The notes beneath the pieces are model-generated. The model was not told the DNA's origin and did no database searches. It saw only the letters and a list, made by a program, of their open reading frames with translations. Shown here piece after piece: positions 1 to 9,020 of a stretch of DNA of 64,000 bases (position 1 is its first letter; the number at the start of each line of letters is the position of its first letter). A program made the translations under genes and the position numbers. Origin of the DNA: Nannocystales bacterium (GTDB taxonomy: Bacteria > Myxococcota_A > Polyangia > Nannocystales > Nannocystaceae); the NCBI GenBank assembly GCA_050633305.1, contig JBOEGF010000018.1, positions 512,001-576,000 of the forward strand, in the 5' to 3' direction.

Positions 1-428
1 GAGGAATCCTCGTGGAGATCTGTTTCGCCAGCAACGACATCATCCTCGAGGTCACGGGTCCGACGCACCCGGTACACGACTACTTGGAGCGGGGCGTGCC
101 GGTCGCGTTGGCGACGGATGACCAAGGCGTCGCGCGGTCCAGTCTCGCCGCGGAGTTCGTCCGCGGGGTGATGGACCAAGACCTGAGCTACCTGGAACTC
201 AAGCAAATGGTCCGCGCCAGCATCGAGTACAGCTTCCTTCCCGGCGACAGCTTCTGGGCCGACGTGTCGACCGGAACCGTCGTGGACGCGTGCACACCCG
301 CCGAAGGGGACACCCCCGTGACCGAGTCACCATCGGCCGAGTGCCAGAGTTTCCTCGAGGGCAGCGAGCGCGCTCAGTTGCAACGCCTGCTCGAGTCGCA
401 GCTCGAGACCTTTGAAGCTGGATTCTAG
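1..428 (+). CDS. Adenosine/AMP deaminase family protein, C-terminal part (truncated by window start)
   Basis: EIC..SN, HPV and ALATDD motifs typical of the adenosine deaminase C-terminus. Confidence 0.8.
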   Translation, partial: GILVEICFASNDIILEVTGPTHPVHDYLERGVPVALATDDQGVARSSLAAEFVRGVMDQDLSYLELKQMVRASIEYSFLPGDSFWADVSTGTVVDACTPAEGDTPVTESPSAECQSFLEGSERAQLQRLLESQLETFEAGF

Positions 429-435
429 CCCGCCC

Positions 436-575
436 GGTCTTTCCCTCCGCAGACTCGGCGAGGCCTCAGGGCGGCTCCGAGACCCGGCGAGGCAAAGCCC
501 GAACTTGGAAGGGGGAGCTGCGGGAGCTGGGCTCCCGCAGCGGGGGAAACCGAGAGGTTTCCCCTAGAGAAAACC
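436..575. repeat. Palindromic intergenic element (REP-like or bidirectional terminator)
   Basis: Perfect hairpins GCTGCGGGAGC-tgg-GCTCCCGCAGC (517-541) and GGGGAAACC-gaga-GGTTTCCCC (543-564); near-identical 14-mer at 451-464 and 480-493; lies between convergent genes. Confidence 0.55.
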
Positions 576-1511
576 TCAGTACTCGGGGTCTCGTTGTCTG
601 TCGGCGGAGACGCGCGAGCCCTGTTTGATGAACTTGAGTGAGGGCTTGTCGAGCATGACGGTCGTGCCTGCCTCGACGGAGTGGGTCAGCCAGACGTTTC
701 CGCCGATCGTTGAGCCCGCACCGATCACAGTGTCTCCGCCGAGGATGGTCGCGCCTGCGTAGATCGTCACGTCATCTTCGAGCTTGGGGTGCCGGCGTTC
801 TGCCGAGCGCGCGTTGCCGTTGCGGACGGAGAGCGCGCCGAGGGTCACGCCCTGGTACAGCTTCACGCGGACGCCGATCTCCGAGGTCTCCCCGATGACC
901 ACCCCGGTGCCGTGGTCGATGAAGAAGCTCTCTCCGATCGTCGCACCTGGATGGATGTCGATCCCGGTGCGGCTGTGCACCTGCTCGGACATCATGCGCG
1001 GGATCAGCGGGACCTCGAGCCGAGACAGGGTGTTTGCGATGCGGTGGACGGCGATCGCTTCGACGCCGGGATAGGACGTGATGATCTCCGGAGCACTGCA
1101 GGCCGCGGGATCGCCGACGAGTGCGGCCTGAACGTCCGTGTCCAGCACTGCGCGGATCGCAGGGATCGCTCGCACCATCTCGATGGCGCACGTGTGGGCG
1201 CGCTTTTGGTGGTCTGCGTCGGGCGACCCGGATCGTGCGCGCAAGGCCTGTCCGACAGCGAGTTCGAGGCTTCTCAGGGTGCGAGCGCATCGCTCCCCGA
1301 CGAAGTAACGGCACGTCAGCGCATCGACATGTTGCCGGACGAAGTATCCGGGGAACACGATCGAGATCAGGTCATCGAGCAGCGTCGCCACCTCGGCCCG
1401 CGACGGAAGGTTGAGTCCGTCCAGGTGGTTGATGTTTCCGTGCTCTGCGTACGAGTCGACGATGTCGTCGATGGCATTCGCCAAGACGCGCTCGTCGTGG
1501 TTGCCGGGCAT
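576..1511 (-). CDS. cysE: Serine O-acetyltransferase (CysE/EpsC type)
   Basis: GDPAA, YPG, TGIDIHPGA, FFIDHGTGVVIGET, YQGVTLG, RHP hexapeptide-repeat motifs. Confidence 0.92.
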   Translation of the reverse strand: MPGNHDERVLANAIDDIVDSYAEHGNINHLDGLNLPSRAEVATLLDDLISIVFPGYFVRQHVDALTCRYFVGERCARTLRSLELAVGQALRARSGSPDADHQKRAHTCAIEMVRAIPAIRAVLDTDVQAALVGDPAACSAPEIITSYPGVEAIAVHRIANTLSRLEVPLIPRMMSEQVHSRTGIDIHPGATIGESFFIDHGTGVVIGETSEIGVRVKLYQGVTLGALSVRNGNARSAERRHPKLEDDVTIYAGATILGGDTVIGAGSTIGGNVWLTHSVEAGTTVMLDKPSLKFIKQGSRVSADRQRDPEY

Positions 1512-1668
1512 GGGCGGACGATAGCAGCGGCTCGTCACATGGTCAGCAGTCGCTCGCTCGCGACCCAATCTTGGATCGGTACGAGTGCCCCCGATAGACT
1601 GGGCGCCTCACCGGTTGGTGACGGAGCGACTCTTGGCCTCGCCTTCAGATTGTCTCACTCAAGTTCGT

Positions 1669-1896
1669 ATGGACGACGACCTGCATCGTCTCGTGTCCCA
1701 ATCCCTCATGGCCCATGGGGAAGAACTTCCTGCTCCCCAACTCGCCGCCTACCTGTCGGGGTGGTCCAGTGCGCTCGATCTCGTTCGGCGCACGGACCTC
1801 ACCATGCCAACAGCTTCGGCGGAGCTTCACCGCTCGATGGCGGCCGTCGTCGCGGCGCTCGACGCGGCAGCACGTTCTGTGCTCGAGGAAGACTGA
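1669..1896 (+). CDS. Small hypothetical protein
   Basis: 75-aa ORF with host-like codon use filling the gap between genes. Confidence 0.55.
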   Translation: MDDDLHRLVSQSLMAHGEELPAPQLAAYLSGWSSALDLVRRTDLTMPTASAELHRSMAAVVAALDAAARSVLEED

Positions 1897-1927
1897 GGCG
1901 CCGAATCCACCGAGCTCTGCCGAGCCT

Positions 1928-2167
1928 CTAGGGCGTCTCGGGGCGAATCGAGACCGGTGCCTCCATCGGAGGCGACACGCGTGGCTGGCGCTCTGGAGCG
2001 CGCGGTGGCCACTCGATCTGGTGCTTGATCATCCGACGCTTGAGCGCATGTCGCGTGATCCCGAGAAGCTGCGCGGCCTCCACAATGCTGCCCGCTTTCT
2101 GAAGGGCGGTTTGGCACAACGTGCGCTCGGCTTTGCGGAGATTTAGGTCTTCCAAGAGGATCGGCAT
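1928..2167 (-). CDS. Stand-alone Fis-family HTH protein
   Basis: L..AER....AL....G....AA.LLGITR..L.R pattern (HTH_8). Confidence 0.8.
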   Translation of the reverse strand: MPILLEDLNLRKAERTLCQTALQKAGSIVEAAQLLGITRHALKRRMIKHQIEWPPRAPERQPRVSPPMEAPVSIRPETP

Positions 2168-2588
2168 GTCCTGAGGATATGTGAAAAGTCGCTAGTGGGA
2201 AAGCCATTTCTAGTAATGTCTCATACTGATACGATTGTTCGTGACGCTGTCGGCGCGAGTCGGTGGATATCGGCGCCCGGATCACGTGGCGGTCGAAAAC
2301 GTCCACAGAGGGGCGAAGATGCGCCGATCAGCCAACGGGCTGGTGTCTCAATGCGCGACAGTGAACGCCTATGCTCGCTTCGGAACACCATTCGGACCTC
2401 GATGTACGGAATCGCGCATTGGTGAATCCACTATTGTATGCAGCGTCCGGCAGCCGCGACAACCGGCCACCGGCATCAGGGTTTTTCCGTAGAATCAGGC
2501 AGCCGGCAGCTGGGGGCGTACACCCCCATGCCGTCAGAGCTGCTTGGTTCTTCGGAGATCCGAGGTTCGCCCTTACCATGGCGAACCC

Positions 2589-4004
2589 GTGCCGGATGAC
2601 GGTATCGCAGTGAAGAACGCGGCCCTACGTGTCCTCCTCGTCGACGACGATGCTTCTCGGAGCGCCGGCGTACAGCGTTCGATGGAAGCTGCCGGCTTTG
2701 AGGTCGGTCGAGCACGTCGAGACGCGGAGGCGTTCGATCGTCTTCGTAGCGAGACGTTCGACGCCGTGGTCTGCGAGACGCGGGCGGCTGGCGGCTTGGC
2801 CGAGCGTGTCGTCGAGTGGATCGGACGCTGCTCTCCGTCGATGCGAATCGTTGTGCTTGGTAACGAGGCCAACGTTGCCAGGCGCTTTGAATCGCTAGGG
2901 GTGCGCTCGGTCGCAAACCCCGACGACCACGAAACGCTGACCGACACGTTGCGCGGACTTGGGGTCCGACGTGGCTTCTTCGGAAACTCGATCGAAGTCG
3001 AGTTGTTCGACTACGTGCAGATGGTCGCGTTGACCGGGCGCGACAAGTTGGTCGAAGTCTCCACGCCCCGCGGCCTCGGCCGCATCTGGTTTGAGCATGG
3101 CGACATCGTGCACGCCGAGTTTGGCCAGTTCCGTGGAGAGCTTGCGTTCTACAAGATGTTGGCAGCAGGTCGAGGCCTGTTCCGCGAGGCGCTACTCAGT
3201 GCGCCGCCCAAGCGAACCATCGTTCGTTCGAGCACCCATCTCTTGATGGAGGCGGCACGGCAGACCGACGAAGGCACACTCGGACAGGGCGGTGCACCAG
3301 AGGAGGACGAAGAGGTCTCCTTCGGCGAGCTTATGGAGGAAGCGGAAACCGGGGAGCACGTGTCGCCAAGCGTCGCACCCGAGACGCTTGCCGCCGGCCC
3401 GAGCGGGCCCCATCCGCCCGTCATCTCCGACGCCGAGGCGAGCGGAGCGATGCTCGCAGCGGCGGCCCGGCCACCAGCCGGCGACGACGACTTCGTCGCT
3501 TTGGTGAGCGATGCGATTCAGCTCGAGGGACTGGAGTCACAGCCTGACTTGGGGCCCGCGGACTCGATGATGGGGTCGATCAGCGAGGTCGACGCAGCCG
3601 TCGGACGAGCGACGAAGCCCACCATCGCGGAAGAGTCTCAGAGCGCGATGGCTTCGGGCCATGCGGTGTTCGAGGATCCGGAGACGCGCACCGCGATGCT
3701 CGACCAGTTCTGGCAGTTCGAGGGGATCAACGGCGTTGCGATCATCTCGTCGACAGGAAAGGTGCTCGCGGAGGACATGCGAAACAACTCCTCCCTGGTG
3801 ACGCTGGCCGGGTTCTACATGCGCGGCGCGGCTCGAATCGCGCGAACGCTCGGGTACAACGTCTTCGACGGGATCGTGGCGCGTTCCGTTCAGGGTCAAC
3901 AAATGGTCATGGTCAGCATGGGCGCAGCGTCGGCGGTTCTTTCTGTTGAGCCGGGTGCCGACCCGGAGGCGGTTCGAGATGCTGTGATGGGGGTCGACTC
4001 GTGA
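2589..4004 (+). CDS. Receiver-like + DUF4388 + C-terminal roadblock/LC7 domain protein
   Basis: VLLVDDD receiver N-terminus; G.....LFDYVQM...G.IWFEHGDIVHA...GELAFY (DUF4388); GINGVAIISSTG roadblock-like C-terminus; start approximate. Confidence 0.75.
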   Translation: MPDDGIAVKNAALRVLLVDDDASRSAGVQRSMEAAGFEVGRARRDAEAFDRLRSETFDAVVCETRAAGGLAERVVEWIGRCSPSMRIVVLGNEANVARRFESLGVRSVANPDDHETLTDTLRGLGVRRGFFGNSIEVELFDYVQMVALTGRDKLVEVSTPRGLGRIWFEHGDIVHAEFGQFRGELAFYKMLAAGRGLFREALLSAPPKRTIVRSSTHLLMEAARQTDEGTLGQGGAPEEDEEVSFGELMEEAETGEHVSPSVAPETLAAGPSGPHPPVISDAEASGAMLAAAARPPAGDDDFVALVSDAIQLEGLESQPDLGPADSMMGSISEVDAAVGRATKPTIAEESQSAMASGHAVFEDPETRTAMLDQFWQFEGINGVAIISSTGKVLAEDMRNNSSLVTLAGFYMRGAARIARTLGYNVFDGIVARSVQGQQMVMVSMGAASAVLSVEPGADPEAVRDAVMGVDS

Positions 4005-4675
4005 TCGATGCAAGAGAACAGCTGCTTGAACTGCTCGAGGAACTCGGCGCAGTCCCCGGAGTGCGCGCGGCTCTGATCGCGACTTCGGAAGGTGCGGTCG
4101 CGACCAGTGGAGAGGCCTCGATGCCCGCGGAGACCGCGAACGACGTGGCGAAGACCATCCGCCGTATGACGGTGGCCTCGGCCACGGTGGGCGTGCCGCT
4201 CAAAGACTTGCTGATCAACTTCGGTCCCGCCCGAATGATGGTCGTTCCGGTCACCGAGGATGCGACTGTCGTCAGTCTGCTCGAGCGGGATACCGCCGTC
4301 ACCCCGGTGCGGCGTGTTCTGGGGATGCAACTCGACGCGCTTCGTTCGCTCCTGGCTGGTGAGGAGGACGACATCGATGTTGATGTTGTCGACGAGGCCG
4401 AAGAGGAGGTCGAGCGAATCCTGCGCGGAGAGCTCGGTCCCGTTCTGCAGCGGATTCGTGCGCAGTTCCGAGACTTCGCAGTTCAAGCCGGCCACGGGGC
4501 GGAGCAGACCGAGACGATGATGCGCGAACAGCTGCGCGAGTGGCTGCTGTGTTGCAACCCGTCGACGTACACGTTTCCGCTGCTCGTCGACGGCCTTGGT
4601 CAGCTTCTCAACGATGCCCCCGCGGCGCGCTCGGCCTTCATGGAGAAGGTCCAGGTGACCATCCGCTCGGGCTGA
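4001..4675 (+). CDS. Roadblock/LC7 (MglB-like) domain protein with C-terminal extension
   Basis: LEEL..VPGVRAALIATSEG roadblock signature; 4-bp overlap with upstream gene. Confidence 0.7.
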   Translation: MIDAREQLLELLEELGAVPGVRAALIATSEGAVATSGEASMPAETANDVAKTIRRMTVASATVGVPLKDLLINFGPARMMVVPVTEDATVVSLLERDTAVTPVRRVLGMQLDALRSLLAGEEDDIDVDVVDEAEEEVERILRGELGPVLQRIRAQFRDFAVQAGHGAEQTETMMREQLREWLLCCNPSTYTFPLLVDGLGQLLNDAPAARSAFMEKVQVTIRSG

Positions 4676-4763
4676 GTTGAAGCTGTCCACCTGGGGGACC
4701 GGAGTCGACGCAACAACGCCGCGCACCCTCGATGGTTGCGCGGCGTTTCCGTTTTCCCGGCCT

Positions 4764-6338
4764 CTACTGCCGACGGGCGGCGACGTGGCAGACGCCGTCT
4801 GTCGAGCGACCCACGCTTCGGATCGTGCGCTCCTGCCCCGCGGAGATGCGCTCCCCGGCCAGCTCGGTGTGGACCATGCGAATCATGATGTTACGCAGGC
4901 TCTGAACCTCGTAGCAGGGGATGTGGGGCTCGGCGTGACCGTTGCCCACGCCCGAGTCGTCGGTCAGGAAGACGTACTGCCCACCGGTTCCGGCTGCCGC
5001 GGCGCGCATGACGATCTCCGCTTCGGAAGCGACGCCGCTCGCTGCGACCGGGTAGAAGGCTGCGCCCATCGAGCGCAGGTCATCGACGGCGTCCATTGTG
5101 CGACGCATTTGTTCGGCGTGTGGGGGTGCATCGGCGACGAGGAAGACGATCTTCGCAGAGTCCCGCGACCACGAGAGGTCGGTGGCGTCCTCGAGGCCGG
5201 CGTCCATCGCCTCGGGGTAGTCGCCACCTCCGTTCGCACTCTGTCGTGCGAGGTGGCTCTCGAACCGGGACAGGTTCTCGGTGAAGTCGAAGGATCGGCT
5301 GACGAATGCGTCTCCATCGTCGCGGTACACGACCAGAGCGAAGCGCTGGTCCACGCGGGGGAAGGAGCGCTCGATGGTCCGAGCGATGTTGCGCAGCTCC
5401 ACCTTCAGGTAGTCGATTTCGTCGCCCATGCTGCCGGTCGCGTCGATGACGAGTGCGATGTCGACCGCGTTGACCGAGCTCGATTGCACATCGCGCATGG
5501 TGATGGTGTTGATGGTGCCCTCCCGAACGGGGACCGACATGCGCTCACGGCCATGCTGGATGGTGGCCTCGATCTTCCCTCGTCGACGGTTTTCGGGGGG
5601 GAGGTCCCAGCCCGCGAAGAACACCGCGCGTCCGTCGGTTCCGGTGGGGACCCGCGCGCCGCGTTGGTCGGTGTTGAGGCGGACGTCCGCGTCCCGAATC
5701 GGGCGACCTCTCGAGTCCACGACCCGGACGATGGTCATGGCTCCGGTGACACGCTCGGCGACGTCGCGAGTGTCGCGCTGTTGCGCCATGCGGTTGGCGA
5801 AGGTTGTCAGGACGTCGGGGTTCAGGGTGTCATCGAAGGCTCCCGCGGTGAGGCGCCCTGCTTGAATGTTGCGGTTGAACTCGGGTTCGGGTTCCGGCCG
5901 TCGTCGTCGTCGGTCCTTCTTCCCGGACTTCTTCTTCAACGGCGCACGCTCTGCTTTCCGTCGGTCTCGGCTGCGGCTCCGTGCGACCCGGGACTCGCGT
6001 TCGGACTTGTCCGCAGATGCGCCCGCGACGGCTGGAGAGGGAGAGGGACTGGTGGAGTCGAGAGCGGGAGAGTCGTCGGCGTCGCCGAAGGCCTCAGCCG
6101 GGGGAGATGCTGGAGCGGCGGCGGTTTCTCCATCGCCTCCCTCGTACGCGTAGCCCGCATCGTCCTCCGACGCGCTGCTGGTGGGCTCCGGGGCGTAGGC
6201 GCCGGGGGACTCTTCCGCGGCCATTGAGAACGACTCGGCTCCGTCGGCCCGGCTCATCTCGACCGACCGGGCTGAGCCCTTGTTCGAGGCGCATGCGGCG
6301 AGAGAGGCGAGAGCGAGCAGGGTCGAGAAGCGCTTCAT
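4764..6338 (-). CDS. vWA domain lipoprotein
   Basis: Lipobox LAAC; DIALVIDATGSM MIDAS motif; GGGDYPE; FLVADAPPH. Confidence 0.85.
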   Translation of the reverse strand: MKRFSTLLALASLAACASNKGSARSVEMSRADGAESFSMAAEESPGAYAPEPTSSASEDDAGYAYEGGDGETAAAPASPPAEAFGDADDSPALDSTSPSPSPAVAGASADKSERESRVARSRSRDRRKAERAPLKKKSGKKDRRRRRPEPEPEFNRNIQAGRLTAGAFDDTLNPDVLTTFANRMAQQRDTRDVAERVTGAMTIVRVVDSRGRPIRDADVRLNTDQRGARVPTGTDGRAVFFAGWDLPPENRRRGKIEATIQHGRERMSVPVREGTINTITMRDVQSSSVNAVDIALVIDATGSMGDEIDYLKVELRNIARTIERSFPRVDQRFALVVYRDDGDAFVSRSFDFTENLSRFESHLARQSANGGGDYPEAMDAGLEDATDLSWSRDSAKIVFLVADAPPHAEQMRRTMDAVDDLRSMGAAFYPVAASGVASEAEIVMRAAAAGTGGQYVFLTDDSGVGNGHAEPHIPCYEVQSLRNIMIRMVHTELAGERISAGQERTIRSVGRSTDGVCHVAARRQ

Positions 6339-6461
6339 GCCACCCCGAACGCCCGACCCCCGGGCTCGGCTTACAGAGCGGGTCGAGTTTTTTCTCCGGG
6401 CCGGGAATCATCCAGATTTGGCCTCAAAACTACCCGCGATACGAAATCGAACAGATCGTCC

Positions 6462-6490
6462 TTGACGGCCTGCGGTCGATCGCGTAAATC
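6462..6490 (+). promoter_or_regulatory. Putative sigma70 promoter of tRNA-Phe
   Basis: TTGACG-17 bp-TAAATC followed by a GC-rich stretch, about 20 bp before the tRNA; the -10 match is weak. Confidence 0.45.
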
Positions 6491-6509
6491 GACGGCCCAA
6501 CCGCGACCT

Positions 6510-6582
6510 GCCCAGGTAGCTCAGTTGGTAGAGCACTGGACTGAAAATCCGGGTGTCCGTGGTTCAAATCCGCGCCTGGGCA
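6510..6582 (+). tRNA. tRNA-Phe(GAA), CCA not encoded
   Basis: Acceptor GCCCAGG/CCTGGGC, D-arm TAGCTCAGTTGGTAGAGC, anticodon arm CTGGA-CTGAAAA-TCCGG, T-loop GGTTCAAATCC. Confidence 0.96.
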
Positions 6583-6592
6583 CTGAAACCCG
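6538..6592 (+). repeat. attL direct repeat (55 bp)
   Basis: GGACTGAAAATCCGGGTGTCCGTGGTTCAAATCCGCGCCTGGGCACTGAAACCCG, identical to 11423-11477. Confidence 0.95.
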
Positions 6593-6617
6593 CCTCGATG
6601 AGGCGGGTTTTTCTTTT
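6585..6617 (+). terminator. Intrinsic terminator after tRNA-Phe
   Basis: AAACCCGCCTC-gat-GAGGCGGGTTT stem followed by TTCTTTT. Confidence 0.88.
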
Positions 6618-6657
6618 GGTTGGGTTGGCCAGGAAGCAGATGGGTCGCACCCAGCGG

Positions 6658-7323
6658 CTACAGGTCTCGGAGTTGTTCGATGGCGCTGCACGTCGCCTCA
6701 GCTTCGGAGCAGGCCTTTCGGACTTTCGAAAGCTTGGCTCCCACTTGTTGGCCGAACGCTTGGTAGCGATGGAGCTCCTTCCAAGGCTTGCCGTCTGAGG
6801 GGCTCAGCCGGAGACGGTCCTTGTTTACCAAGAAGCCAGCGGGATCCTCGACCGACTCTACTCGCCGTTCTCGCGGGAAGAGAGCGGCAATCACCCAGTT
6901 CTCGATGGCCATGACTGGGGTCGAGAGCACCACGCGTGGTGGGATCTTCTTGCGCTGAGCTGTCCGGCACCAGGAGCGTATCTTGTTCTTCAACCGGGTC
7001 GTCTCGTAGGCACCCACGTCTTGCGGCGGGTTCGCGATTTTGGCTTGCACGGCGATGTCGACGTCGATCGCAATGATCAGCACGCAGAGAGGGTCACCGA
7101 TGTCGCTCTCGATGACGTCGTCGAGTTCTCCGGCGTGGTCTTCGCACCACCGTCGGACTTCGCTCCAACCCGCCGGGTTCGAGGCCTTCTGAGTCGCATC
7201 GAGTTGAGGTTGCAGGCAGAGCACGTCATCGATCTCTGGCCACAGCGATTCAACGATCGCGCGGAGCACGGGAAAGTCGGTGTGTCCCTCGCACACGACG
7301 CCTGCGACAAGCGGCTCAGACAC
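6658..7323 (-). CDS. TOPRIM-fold protein (RloB/DUF4276/DUF4435-like), partner of the ATPase
   Basis: VVCEGHTD, IDVD (DxD) and IENW motifs; 8-bp overlap with the ATPase stop. Confidence 0.7.
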   Translation of the reverse strand: MSEPLVAGVVCEGHTDFPVLRAIVESLWPEIDDVLCLQPQLDATQKASNPAGWSEVRRWCEDHAGELDDVIESDIGDPLCVLIIAIDVDIAVQAKIANPPQDVGAYETTRLKNKIRSWCRTAQRKKIPPRVVLSTPVMAIENWVIAALFPRERRVESVEDPAGFLVNKDRLRLSPSDGKPWKELHRYQAFGQQVGAKLSKVRKACSEAEATCSAIEQLRDL

Positions 7324-8701
7324 TCGGCATTCCTCCCAGACGGCCTTCCACCCATAGCCGACTCACGGCGAACTCACCGTGTTTGGCTTTCGCGGCGGCG
7401 AGGTTCTTCACCGCGACTCGTCGGATCTTGGTGTGGCCTTTGGCGTTGCGAGAGACGGTAAACAAACGAATCCGTTCGTCGGACAGGTCGAGTCCGTCGA
7501 GGACCAGTGGGTTGTGGGTCGTCAGGAACGCCTGCCTGCGTGCCGCGAGAAGAGCTTCGCAGAACGCGCGTGTCAGCGCCCGTGCGGCGCGTGGGTTCAA
7601 GGACTGGTCGAAGTTGTCGACCGCGAACGCGAGAGGGGACCTGGTATGAGCAGCAAGCACCATCATGAACAGGACGAAGAGGGCGCCCTCGCTCGCGTCG
7701 TATCCGGAAAGGACGTTGCGCTTGCTCGCCATGAAGCGGTCACGGAATTCGACGACCTGGCGACTTGTGGGGACGCTGGGAGAGAGAAACTTGCTAGACG
7801 GCTCACCTGTGCCGATGGAGCGCGCCCAGTCGATCAGTCCGAGCGCGCGTGAGAGTGCCGCTCGACCGGACTTGCTCGTCGAGAGGGCGCCTACCGCTTC
7901 GGCGAGTTGTCCTCCGTAGAGTCCGACCGGCGCCCGCGGGGCGCTATCAGGAGCGACCGCCCGAAGCACAGGAGTCACGGGGGCAAAGATCGCGAAGTCA
8001 TCCAAGGTCGACAGCAAGTCGCGCGCCACGAGCGGGGCCTCAGGACTTGCTCGTGCAAGCGTCGTAACGCTGCGTGTGTTCTCCAGGGGGACGGATAGTC
8101 CGAGCGCAGATGCATTGCCGCTCGGTGCCCTGGACGCGATCGTCGCTCCGTCGACGATCAGCGACTCATTCCCGAACTTCCAGAACGGTGACGGGTTGGT
8201 CGTCGAGTTGGTAATGTACGCGTGGTAGGCCGCGCCTCCGGTAGAGGTAGCGCGAAGCGAAATCTTGGGCGCCAGCCGTTCGTTCGCGAAGCTGCTCTTG
8301 TAGAGTTCTGGGACTCCAGGCCTGACACCTCGCCGCAGCAATGCTTGGTCATCGACAACACCCGCCGCGCACGCTCCGAGGATTCCGATCGCTTCGAGCA
8401 GGCAGCTCTTGCCGGCTCCGTTTGCGCCGACGAAGACGTTGACCTGCCCGAAATCCACGGACACCGACTTCAAGGACTTGAAGTCCTTGACCTCAAGCGA
8501 CGCGAGGTGGCCTGCGAGTTCGCGTTCTTCAGGCGATTGTTCGTCCGCCTGGGCGCGGGGGGCCGACACTTTCGGAACGGTGCGTCGAGTCTTCCGAGTT
8601 GTCTTCTTGGGAGTCCGGGTTGCCTTCTTCGACTTGGACTTCCCCTTGCGTTGAGCTGGTCGGTCCTGCGCTTGCTTCTTTTTTGTCGCTTTCTTCGGCA
8701 T
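7316..8701 (-). CDS. ABC/AAA_21-type (OLD/AbiEii-like) ATPase with Lys/Arg-rich N-terminal tail
   Basis: FKSL, Walker A GANGAGKS, signature ASEG, Walker B FAVDNFD, H-loop TTHNP. Confidence 0.88.
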   Translation of the reverse strand: MPKKATKKKQAQDRPAQRKGKSKSKKATRTPKKTTRKTRRTVPKVSAPRAQADEQSPEERELAGHLASLEVKDFKSLKSVSVDFGQVNVFVGANGAGKSCLLEAIGILGACAAGVVDDQALLRRGVRPGVPELYKSSFANERLAPKISLRATSTGGAAYHAYITNSTTNPSPFWKFGNESLIVDGATIASRAPSGNASALGLSVPLENTRSVTTLARASPEAPLVARDLLSTLDDFAIFAPVTPVLRAVAPDSAPRAPVGLYGGQLAEAVGALSTSKSGRAALSRALGLIDWARSIGTGEPSSKFLSPSVPTSRQVVEFRDRFMASKRNVLSGYDASEGALFVLFMMVLAAHTRSPLAFAVDNFDQSLNPRAARALTRAFCEALLAARRQAFLTTHNPLVLDGLDLSDERIRLFTVSRNAKGHTKIRRVAVKNLAAAKAKHGEFAVSRLWVEGRLGGMPSV

Positions 8702-8786
8702 CACTCAACTCTTGCGTCCAGTCGAATAGTGGCTCGTCATGCTCATCTTGTTGCGCCCGGAGAACCGCGCCGAGTGTCGCATGCTC

Positions 8787-9020
8787 CTACCGGTTTCCGA
8801 GAACGCAAGGTCCACTTCCCGGGCGGTGCGGGAAGCCGTAGCCGCTGCAGGCACAGGTAGGTCGACCGCGCCGATGCGACTGCACAGTTGTGGAGGTGCC
8901 GCCATGGGATGCGCAGCGCCCAAGCGGGTCTCCCCAGACGCTGAAGCCTTGGCAAGCTCGCCCTTCCCGCGTGTATGCCGTGCATCTTCGGAGCTTGCGG
9001 ACCGTGTCGGAGTAGGCCAT
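8787..9020 (-). CDS. HGGxSTG-domain small Cys/His protein
   Basis: RC.A.TR.G..C........RC..HGGTST motif plus a second CxC..H.....C cluster; co-oriented with other element genes. Confidence 0.7.
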   Translation of the reverse strand: MAYSDTVRKLRRCTAYTREGRACQGFSVWGDPLGRCASHGGTSTTVQSHRRGRPTCACSGYGFPHRPGSGPCVLGNR

